From: Neoechinorhynchus agilis
Taxonomy: Eukaryota; Animalia; Acanthocephala
DNA: 64,000 nt
Assembly (NCBI GenBank): GCA_051530055.1
Contig: CM121342.1
Location: forward strand, 3,781,489 to 3,845,488
Direction: 5' to 3'
Positions within the stretch are counted from its first letter, which is position 1. The number at the start of each line of letters is the position of its first letter. The notes below the pieces were generated by a model. That model had not been told where the DNA came from and ran no database searches. It was given only the letters and a program-made list of their open reading frames with translations. The translations under genes were made by a program, and so were the position numbers. Of this stretch, positions 1 to 10,906 are shown piece by piece.

Positions 1-379
1 TATACTCAAGAAGATGAAAAATAAAAGGTTTGTTTCTTTGTAAACATTTACATGTCCAAATTTAGTAAGCATAGGTAAATTCCGTCTTAAATATTCGTGA
101 TTTCGATCATCGCCCTCCAAAGACAAATCTTTACTTGGTCTTCAATAAATCAGTCACTAAGCCTTTTTGATCTAACAGTCACCAAGAATATGAAATCGGC
201 ACTTGATTCCAAATAAATTGATTGTTGATCTTATTTTTTCCGATGCAAGGCAATGACAAGATGAAGTTTGCATTTAAATCGTATAATCGATTAATTCGGA
301 TTTGAGATATCTTTGGAATTTAGATCAGAATGCGTTCTTTTTTAATTTATGTTTTGCATTTTGTTAGAATTTGCATTTT

Positions 380-1190
380 GAGCGTCCTAAATTTCAAAGC
401 AACGAGCGTTGATTGTACTTTGGGTGCTTCAAAAAATCTACCTCCGATAAAATTAAAATTTAATGATCTACCTCCAAGAATCGCGTTATGCAGTACGCAA
501 TCCAATCTTCCACATTTTCTTCAAAGAACTTTCTTGCTGTTTCCAAATCACTATGGAATCCGTTTTCTCGGAAATAAATTGGCGGACGCTTAAGCGTCCT
601 TAAAGTCTAAAAGATAAATAGGCCGCGTGGATCTTTCTAAAACGACGAAATGTTTCCAGGCGAACTTAATTATATCGGCCGATGGGCCAACAAAAATAGT
701 TTGGCCGAGATTCATAACTATGGAGATTATTCGGAAATTCCAACGGCTAATTTGTTGATTCAGGGATCTCATCCATCGAAGGAGAGAGATGAAGAAGCGA
801 CATCGACGTTTCAGAATAAGAAGTTTTCGTGTAGCGAAGGAAAGAGACGTTAAAAGGAAGGAACCCGTTTTCTGGGTACAAAGCTTTCTCGAAATTTTTC
901 TCCGAAAATTGTAAGTATCGACGAACGGTCGAAGCCCAATGACGGTCGATGCTACTTTTTAGTTGCTCAGAGGGCGTTTAAAAATGAAAGATAAAAAATT
1001 TTGATTCTTTTACCCAGAAAATAAGATCCTAAGGATTTTGGTGGAAAATGCGCCTTGGTCATAGGATTTAAAATGTTTTCGGGAGCATTTTGACAATGTT
1101 TTAACAAAGGTCTCAAAAAAGTTTGATAATTTAGTAGAAAACAATCCGAACGAAGAAAACGATGCTGGTAAAAATCGATCAGGAATTATG
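380..1190. repeat. Copy of an unnamed dispersed sequence family (decayed gene or element)
   Basis: About 760-1000 matches the reverse complement of about 37870-38100; about 1030-1185 matches the reverse complement of about 46400-46640; the 20-mer cctaaatttcaaagcaacga at about 387 recurs on the minus strand near 37780. Coding-like but every frame is interrupted. Confidence 0.65.
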
Positions 1191-1482
1191 ATACTTCAAG
1201 GGCCACACATAGATAATAACTGCGATGACGAACGCAAAAAACTTACAAGCAATTGACTTTTGCGAGGCTAACGGAAAGGCCGAAAATTTTCAATATAAAT
1301 CTATTTTCTGAATCAAACATCGCTAATTGAAACTATAATGAATTACGGCAAGGATGCTGGGTGATCGCTTTAAAATGCATTGTGCATAATTTAGTTTCCT
1401 TGACTTTTGATAACGAATACAATGGTTTATTGGGAACAACAATTAGAGGTAAGCCAACTAAAAAGCAAAAATTATTACAAAA

Positions 1483-2301
1483 TCAAAGGTTCCATCGAGG
1501 CTCTTGGCCAGTTACAAGTCTGCCAAACTCTAAAACATCGATTTTATCGTCGCAGTCGCCATCTACTGATTCAATCATAAGGCCAATTTTCCGTCTTCCA
1601 AGCCGATCTCCTTCGCAGTTTGTTGCCGCGCATAGTTCATTAATCCCAATTTTCCCACTCTTGTCCACGTCCAACTGATCAAAGGCATTTTGAATCTTCA
1701 TTCCAACAGTCGGCTTTCGTCTTAATACAAAATCCAGAAAGTCCTTTGAGTTCATTTCTTCGCATCCTGATAGAAGGAATACAGAGATATCAATCAAGGA
1801 ATGCAACCATTGTCCCTTCGTACTTTCAACAAAATCTTTAAGTTCACCAATCGAAATTTTGCCATCTCGATTGACATCGATTTCATCAAATATTTTCTCT
1901 ATGTACCTATGAGTTTTCTTATTTTGCTCTATTTGACAATCCATCAGGTAATTCTCGAAAGGATCAGAACTCGTTCTCGGTGTGTCCTCGGTCATTTGAA
2001 GCAATTTCAACGTTCGACTTGGCTGTTTCATTGGACTAAATGAATATCTAGCCGATATTCTATCCCAAGCCGATGGAAACGTTGATGACTCGCTGCATGT
2101 CTCTGACTGGCGCACTTCAAATGGATTCATAGATCTCTTTAAATGTTTAAAATCCGCTTCAATTTGCTGGACTATTTCGTCTCGCTCTCCTTCAAAATTG
2201 TTGTTCATCGCATCATTTTGCCTTGGAGCATTTTGTTTCTCACTTTTTAAGTAACAGTCGACAGCACTCATAAAGTTGTTGAGACGTTTGTGATTATCCA
2301 T
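1483..2301 (-). CDS. EF-hand calcium-binding protein (calmodulin-like C-terminal half)
   Basis: EF loops DVNRDGKISIGEL, DVDKSGKIGINEL and DGDCDDKIDVLEF. The frame continues upstream to an ATG at 2454 across one TAA at 2422-2424. Confidence 0.85.
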   Translation of the reverse strand: MDNHKRLNNFMSAVDCYLKSEKQNAPRQNDAMNNNFEGERDEIVQQIEADFKHLKRSMNPFEVRQSETCSESSTFPSAWDRISARYSFSPMKQPSRTLKLLQMTEDTPRTSSDPFENYLMDCQIEQNKKTHRYIEKIFDEIDVNRDGKISIGELKDFVESTKGQWLHSLIDISVFLLSGCEEMNSKDFLDFVLRRKPTVGMKIQNAFDQLDVDKSGKIGINELCAATNCEGDRLGRRKIGLMIESVDGDCDDKIDVLEFGRLVTGQEPRWNL

Positions 2302-3129
2302 TAGTTGATGATTAAATCTACCTTTTAGAAATAATTTTTCTTGCTCTAACTGGACTTTTGCAAAGAACTTTGCGGTTGCATGGCGACTCGTCGAATTATG
2401 ATCCTTCTCGTGTTCTGTCCTTTATTCCGAGTTATGCCGTTTGGATTTATACATTCTTTATGTTAGTTTAACAATTTCATTTTCGACCAAGTAAAAAGTG
2501 AAGAATTAAGTCTTAAACTACATTCAAACAATTAAAATTGTGGTGAGCATACTCACCCGAGAATGAAATATTCCAAATAAATAAAATATTTATTGCTCGG
2601 GGGACCGAAATTCTAATTTGATTAATCCAAAAGGCTGAGTTTGAATGGATCAATAAAGTATTTATTGTTTGCTGAAATCATCGATCTTTGATCGCCTGAG
2701 CTACGGTCGTTTTGAAGGACGCAAACGAATTGAGAAACGCAAAAGCATTTGAGCGATATACCGTGAACTCGCTATCACATAAAAAATTGATTAAACTTTA
2801 AGAAAAGAATTTGTGATTGAGTAGCATTGAAACAAAATATCAAAATTTTCTTCATTCGAATATTTTGAATATCGAGACTAACAGAGGTCGGTTAGAGAAA
2901 ACGGTCATCAGTGTTCAAATTGAACTCTCATCATTTTCACCCAAAACTAATAAACTAAAAACAATGAAAAACCATAAAGACGGAGAGGCATTTCCAGTTG
3001 GTGCTTAAAACGAAACAATGGCTTTATTGAACGAAATATCGCCAAAAAGGGATTTTATTCTAAACACGAACAACATAATCGTCTGGGACACTTGGAAAGT
3101 TTGAACAATTTAATGACTGGACTCGTTCA

Positions 3130-4017
3130 TTATCGTTCCGAATTTCCTGGAATAACAGAAGTTATACTATAGACTCCTTTAGTTTGATTTACCTTAGAAT
3201 CCTTAAAGCAAATTCTTCGTAGTGCCGTCTGAATGGTATTGTGATCCAGAAGGGATGAATGAAATTGACTTTTGTAGGCCACTGGATCAGTGATGCTCAC
3301 TCCGAGATCCCGAATTTCTTGGCGGCACTGCGGCGTCCCATCGTAAATAATAAGAATATTCCGCCGCGAGGTCGATGGAGGACACGGTGCCTTTTGATAG
3401 ATGATTATTCGTTTCGAAGATTTGGGATAGGGCATCCATCGTTCAATGTAGATATCTCGTGGCTTCGGTGGCAATGGAGGAAGCCTTTCAACGATAATCC
3501 TTCTTTTTGGTTGTGGAGAAGAAGGCAAGTGGCGGTAAATGATTTGAGGAGCATTTGTCCGGGAAGGAGCTTGAGGAGGACATTCGCGTAAGACGAGTGG
3601 TGGAGGTGTTGGTGGTGGTTTTGGTTGTTGCCGGATGTAGATTGGGGGCGGTGTAGGTCGACGAGGAAGCCTTTTTTCTTGGATGAATATTGGTCCTGCC
3701 GGTGGAAGCTTTGGCGGTTGAAGGTATTTTATATAAACGGTCTGAGTGACCTGTTGAATATCGCCGGTATGCGCTTTTCGGACAATCAAAGGATCGAGAT
3801 CGTTCAACATCGCACAGGATTGTGACTCCGTTGATGAACTTTCGTCGGTACTAATCGTCGCTTTTAATGAATCATTATTACAACTTTTAGGTGATTGAAT
3901 ATTCTGATTTTCAGAATAGGATCATTTTTGACCAGCGAAATCTGCTTCGTTCAACTTCGTTTCGTGTAGAATTGTTTCGTTGTATTGATTTATTGGCTCT
4001 CTCATTCGGAGACTCAT
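3130..4017 (-). pseudogene. Proline-rich protein, copy A, with a nonsense codon
   Basis: 888 bp colinear with intact copy C (27191-28078); GGA is TGA at 3922-3924, which is why the ORF track starts at 3810. Confidence 0.85.
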
Positions 4018-4408
4018 TTTTTGTTTCTCAAATCTTTATGTTCGACTTCTCTTAACGGACTGAAATATACAGCAAACTCTTTTCAGTTTTATGAACATTT
4101 AATTGTTCAACGCTACATAAAGAAAGCGTCAAAGGTAAATATTTGATACGCAAATAGAAAATGTTGACAAATGCATAGTTTGTATCGATTTAATGAGCGT
4201 AAAAAATCTTTGATTCACGAGATCACCCTTTTCGGCTCTTGTAAAGTTTAACGAAGGAAGTATATAATGAAATTCTCATTTTGATAAGTATTTTGTGATC
4301 GGTATGGTCCATTGGACGTTGTTAATGATTTCCGGACGAAAATATACATGGCTAATTCTAGATAAAATTTCTTTTATTGATAACGGAACATGGAAATCAA
4401 TGCAGAAT

Positions 4409-4643
4409 TCATGGTCTGCAAAACTCCAAAACATCGATTTTATCCTCGCAGTCGTCATCTACTGATTCAGTCATAAGGTCAATTTTTCGTCTTCCAAGCC
4501 GATCTTCGCAGTTTGTTGCCGCGCATAGTTCATTAATCCCAATTTTCCCACTCTTGTCCACGTCCAACTGATCAACGGCATTTTGAATCTTCATTCCAAC
4601 AGTCGGCTTTCGTCTTAATACAAAATCCAGAAAGTCCTTTGAG
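4409..4643 (-). pseudogene. Partial duplicate of the EF-hand gene (last two EF hands)
   Basis: About 4414-4643 is near-identical to about 1520-1750 with a 3-nt deletion; cut at 4643 by the 281-bp satellite and with a different 3' end. Confidence 0.85.
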
Positions 4644-4647
4644 ATGA

Positions 4648-6697
4648 GGCGCTATCTTTTACTTAGGCATTTGCATGTATGTTGCATACTTATGGTTGTC
4701 CTTTTCTCATAATGACATCAAATCATAAAATTTGTTATTGTTTTATAGATGCAACTGGGCACACTTTTTGATCATTTTATCTAAGCCGTAATTGTTTATT
4801 TATTTTTGTTGAACAAGCGTAAATGTATCCATGCGTTGTTGTTTTTATGCAATGCGGTATGCTACGTATATATCTTTCGCATTTAGAACATTATACACTC
4901 CGGTTGTTTTTATTATGCTTATACACGGCGCTATCTTTGACTTCTTAGGCGTTTGCATGTATGTTGCAATCTTATGGTTGTCCTTTTCTCATAATGACAT
5001 CAAATCTTCAATTCTGTTGTTATTATATAAATTTAAGGGGACACGCTGTTTGATCATTTTATCTAAGCGGTAATTGTTTATTTATTTTTATTATATAAAT
5101 GTAAGGGACCGCTTTTTATCTAAGCGGTAATTGTTTATTTATTTTGTTGCACAAGCGTAAATGTATCCATGCGTTGTTGTTTTTATGCAATGCGGTATGC
5201 TACGTATATATCTTTCGCATTTAGAACATTATACACTCCGGTTGTTTTTATTATGCTTATACGCGGCGCTATCTTTGATTTCTTAGGCGTTTGCATGTAT
5301 GTTGCAATCTTATGGTTGTCCTTTTCTCATAATGACATCAAATCTTCAATTCTGTTTTATTATATAAATGTAAGGGGACACGCTGTTTGATCATTTTATC
5401 TAAGCGGTAATTGTTTATTTATTTATTGCACAAGCGTAAATGTATCCATGCGTTGTTGTGTTTATGCAATGCGGTATGCTACGTATATATCTTTCGCATT
5501 TAGAACATTATACACTCCGGTTGTTTTTATTATGCTTATACACGGCGCTATCTTTGACTTCTTAGGCGTTTGCATGTATGTTGCAATCTTATGGTTGTCC
5601 TTTTCTCATAATGACATCAAATCTTCAATTCTGTTATTATTATATAAATGTAAGGGGACACGCTGTTTGATCATTTTATCTAAGCGGTAATTGTTTATTT
5701 ATTTTGTTGCACAAGCGTAAATGTATCCATGCGTTGTTGTTTTATGCAATGCGGTATGCTACGTATATATCTTTCGCATTTAGAACATTATACACTCCGG
5801 TTGTTTTTATTATGCTTATACGCGGCGCTATCTTTGACTTCTTAGGCGTTTGCATGTATGTTGCAATCTTATGGTTGTCCTTTTCTCATAATGACATCAA
5901 ATCTTCAATTCTGTTATTATTATATAAATGTAAGGGGACACGCTGTTTGATCATTTTATCTAAGCGGTAATTGTTTATTTATTTACATGCACAAACATAA
6001 AAATATCCATGCGTTGTTGTGTTTATGCAATGCGGTATGCTACGTATATATCTTTCGCATTTAGAACATTATACACTCCGGTTGTTTTTATTATGCTTAT
6101 ACACGGCGCTATCTTTGACTTCTTAGGCGTTTGCATGTATGTTGCAATCTTATGGTTGTCCTTTTCTCATAATGACATCAAATCTTCAATTCTGTTATTA
6201 TTATATAAATGTAAGGGGACACGCTGTTTGATCATTTTATCTAACGGTAATTGTTTATTTATTTACATGCATACACATAAAAATATCCATGCGTTGTTGT
6301 TTTTATGCAATGCGGTATGCTACGTATATATCTTTCGCATTTAGAACATTATACACTCCGGTTGTTTTTATTATGCTTATACACGGCGCTATCTTTGACT
6401 TCTTAGGCGTTTGCATGTATGTTGCAATCTTATGGTTGTCCTTTTCTCATAATGACATCAAATCTTCAATTCTGTTATTATTATATAAATGTAAGGGGAC
6501 ACGCTGTTTGATCATTTTATCTAAGCGGTAATTGTTTATTTATTTACATGCATACACATAAAAATATCCATGCGTTGTTGTGTTTATGCAATGCGGTATG
6601 CTACGTATATATCTTTCGCATTTAGAACATTATACACTCCGGTTGTTTTTATTATGCTTATACACGGCGCTATCTTTGACTTCTTAGGCATTTGCAT
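4648..6697. repeat. About 281-bp tandem satellite, array 1 (about 7 units)
   Basis: Repeating unit atgcgttgttgtttttatgcaatgcggtatgctacg...gtaaatgtatcc with two junction variants. Confidence 0.97.
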
Positions 6698-9600
6698 AAG
6701 CATTCCGTCTTTTTCGAGTTGATGGTCAGACCAATCATACTCGCCCTCTCGCACAGTCTATTTAGCATGCGTTGAGCTCCTTCGACTGTTGAGGGGATCA
6801 ATACTATGTCGTCGGAATATGCCATGTAGGAGGCGCGTATCTCAGGATACCTGCGACTTCTTTTCCTCAACAGAAGAAATCCATCTTCATCATTCGGTAG
6901 TGCCCATCTCATTACCCAATCAAGTACCAAGATAAAGAGGAAAGGAGCCAATGTGTCGCCCTGCAGAACACCTGAAGTGGTGGAAATGTATTCTGTCAAA
7001 CCGTCGTCTGTCTTGACGGCGGACCTTGTGTTTTTATATAATGCCATAACGGATATGACAATGATCGGCGGCACTCCATACTCCTTTAAGATACCGCCAA
7101 TCATCGTTCGATTTACCGAATCGAAAGCTCGACGGAAATCAACAAATACCAGCGTCACATCCGTTTAATGAATTCGTGCCTCCTCGAGGATCCTCCTCAA
7201 AGCCAATATGTGCTCTGTGGTGCCTCGACCCTTTTCTGAAGCCGTTCTGTTCAATTCTTAGAAACGGTTCGAGGATTGGCTGAATTCGGCATCTCAAAAT
7301 GCTGCTGAAAGGTTTTGCCGTGTTGGACATCAAGGTTATACATCTGTAGTCCTCCACCTTTGTCGAGCAGCATTTCTTGGGGATCATTGTTAAATGCGCC
7401 GTTTACCAGATTTGAGGTACTGAGCAACCATTCATTATACCATTCATAATCGGTAGCACCTCCGCCATTATCCCATCTGGGCGTGATGCACGTCCCGCAC
7501 GCATCATTTTCGCCGCAGCGATCGCTTCCTTTACGGAAATCGGTCCAGTAAAGTATGCCTCAGTGCTTGGGAAGATTGTGCTTTTTGGAAGTGCAGGACT
7601 CACTTCCAAAGACGATAATGGCGAATTGAGAATTTCTGCAAAATAATTTGCGATTCTCTTTCTTCTGATTTCCGGGGAAGGACCTTCAATCAAAGTAGGC
7701 TGTCTTTGGGATCTTCCTGTGAGAGTGTTTATCGCTCTCTATGCTAAGGAGGTACGAGCAAAACCTTCCTTATATGCGATCCCGCGAACTGCATCCTCTA
7801 TCGAAGCCTTTTGCTTTTCATTATAGAGGTTGGCAAGTTCAAGACTTGCAATGCGAGCCTCAGATCGTTTCCTCTTTTTCTTAGAGTTTTGATCTGCTCA
7901 GCCATTGCCATAAATTCACAGTCCTCCTGCCATATAACCTTTGCAGCTTCTATACGCCTCATTTTGGGAGGGTTTTCTCGGCCGCTTCGGTCTCTGCGTC
8001 ACAGATTGACTTGTAACGAAAATCAATATCCGTTTCAGCAGCTGGCTTCGAGCTCAGTTGATTCTCTAGTTCGATATCGAACTCTGTCTTCTTTTCATCA
8101 TTAGCGAGGGCGCCATAGAACGGATGTGGAGGATGCTGAGGCGTACGGAACAACGAGTCACTCATGCTCAAGTGACACATCACCAACTTGTGGTCGGCTA
8201 ACAGCCCATCAACTGTGAATGTGTCAGCGTTTTTGACCTGATATTTTCCCTACGTCTCAACAATATATTGTCAAGCTTGGCTAAGCGTCTCTTGGGATTT
8301 TTTCCCAGTGGCATGTTTGGACGGATTCTTTTGACCCATAAACGTCGCCAAACGCCACGGACGCTTCCGGAATAAAGTGTTAACAGACACGATATCATGC
8401 CGCTCCAGCGCCTCAACCAGGTACTGGCCGTTCCGATTCTAGCCTTTCCACACAGCGATCTTTTGGAATGCCGCAAAATCGCGTTGAAGTCACCGGCTAT
8501 TAGGAGGGTGTCTCTGTTCGGTACATCATCTAATGCTCCGGCTAGATTTCCGTAAAATCCTTAAGCCGCCTCTTCATCCGACGAGGAGGTCGGTGAATAT
8601 ACGCCAAAAGCATAGAGATTTCTCGACCGAAGCTTTATGCTGACACGAAGGATTCGGTCAGTTATAGTACTGCATAGTGCTGAGTTTCGGAGGCGGGGTG
8701 ATAAACAAACGCCTACACCTCCATTTCCTCGACTGACCGCAGATAGGTAACATAATGACCAGCCTCCTCCTGAATCCTCCTGATTTACGTCTGTGTCTGA
8801 CTGGCCTCTTATGCGCAATTCTTATAAAAACACAAAATCGATTCTGGCGTCCCTTGCCAATTTGGCCAGGGTTACCCTACGCCATTGCGCTCGCAGACTC
8901 CTACAATTCAAGGATCCGATTCGTAGTCCTTTTCTATTTGAAATAGCTGGGCCAAAGGGCTCACGACTGTCAGCGCCACCTGAACAGTCTGTACCCACAA
9001 CGGTGATGAGCTTCGACTGACGCTTTCGTTGCCTCCGACGACAGTTTCGCTCATTTCGACGCTCAAGTCGTCGGCGAGAGCTACGACGCCCTCGCCTTTT
9101 CCCGTTGCACTGGTGGATTTTGTTGCTCCCGTTCGCTGCCGCATCACCAAGTGGAGCGGCACACCAACCCCGCGTTGACAGGCTACTATCAATTGCTCAA
9201 TCGTCAAAGATGTCTTTGAAGTTCAGGATACGTTTTTTAATCGATGTGGTGAGGTTTTCGTCGGGTGTCAAGTCGTCCACACTTAATACCAAACGCGGAA
9301 ACGCGAAGAGTTGTATCCATGCCAGGTCGGAGTCACAATCAGTAGCCTGAGATAGTTTCTCCGCATAGGCCGTGGCGACTTGGCAACAAGCACATTTGAG
9401 GATCCTCTTGAGGATCCTCTTGAGGATCCTACTTGGGGGAGCCGATACGAGCTATACGATGGGGGATGTGTAGCACTAGGCAACGGGTCGGGGAATGCGC
9501 TTTTCTCAATCTCGGACTTCACTGAATCAGGAGGATGGTTAGATTCTGGGCTTTGGCAGGAAATCGGGCCGTGAGTTCTGATAAGGCCCCTTCAGTGATT

Positions 9601-9990
9601 TGGAAAGTCTTTCTGCATATCGGGCATGAAGATGAGGCGGGGGCTTGGTCGTTATCCTTCTGGTCGTATTTAATGGCAGGACATTGGGTTTCCGTCAGGA
9701 AGTGACGATGAGGGTGGCGCTCTCACCTCACTAAATATACCATTCGAGATCCTCTGGTCTTCGGTCGCATTCGATCCACTTGCTTTCGAGACCTTTGGGT
9801 GGTTGGAATCAATTGTCGTCTGGGAGGAAGAGTCTGAGTTTGAGTCGGGTGGATAGATCGTCGTCAACGGTGACGTTGGATTGACGTCATTGCAATCGGT
9901 TCGTAAAGGTCGACGCCTGTTGATCCGTGACGAGTTGTCGTCACCTGTTTCGGTTTGTGCCTGATCAACATCCATGGCTTCAGTGAACTT
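6698..9990 (-). mobile_element. Decayed RTE/RTEX-type non-LTR retrotransposon (ORF1 remnant + APE endonuclease + RT), 3' end cut by satellite
   Basis: APE N-terminus LRIGSLNCRSL...IDFVFL*E at about 8910-8810 and GNGGVGVCL...RILRVSIKL...YSPT; RT motifs YRCITLMS, EQNGFRKG, FVDFRRAFDSV, GVLQGDTLAPFLF, YSDD, GLTINSKKT in shifted frames. The 5' boundary is approximate. Confidence 0.88.
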
Positions 9991-10906
9991 GTTTTTGTTG
10001 CGTTTCGCAAGTAATTTGCGATCGTAAATTTTGTATGTAATTTACGAAACCTTAATAATGTCGGAATTATCAGATGTGAAATATCGGCATCAAATTATTC
10101 AATTTAAAGCCTACGGGTGTTATAACTACTAAAATGACGCATCTTCTGATTCGAAGACAATAACCCAACGCCAAGCAATGTTTATAAACGTTTTGACTGC
10201 CAAATTCATAATCAATAAATCTCCCAACATGATACGACAACATTTGCAACACGACTTGAAACCGCAATAATCAACATAAATCCGATTGCAAATCGCTCTC
10301 GAATGTAGAATTTTCTTTAATAAATCGTCGTACTATTTACAAAACGATATCTTCAAATCCATAATTACGCATTTTGTGATCAAGGAACGCACCAACATTT
10401 TAAGAGTAATAACGACCAAATTAGATAAAAATCACAAAAACATTCTTACTTTTTATGGATTGTTAATCAAAATCAATAGCAAACCAAGTTGAGATGCCAG
10501 AATCACCCTGCATAACTACAGTATATGAATTTCCAATTCCTTACTAACTTGAGACAAATTAACCGAAGTATTTGCGGTTGCGCATATTGTTGCTTTGGAT
10601 ACGCCTCAATTTTAACGTTTGTTTTTGTTTTAAAGCGTCCTTTCGTGATATACGTTTTTTATGCTTCGTATTTACGGGCTAAGATATGAAGTAACTGGGC
10701 AGCGTGATACAAATCTATCGCACTCCTGTTAGATACACCCCTCAAACAACGTATCCTTGTAGTTATAAGAAAGCATTTGAAGGGACTTCAATAGCTATAA
10801 TCGGTCGCAAACAGCGAATAGTAAAAGGTGAAACGACATCACAAAAAACAATTATGCCATCATATTTATATTTTAAAATATGATTTATAAAACAAGAAGA
10901 ACATTT

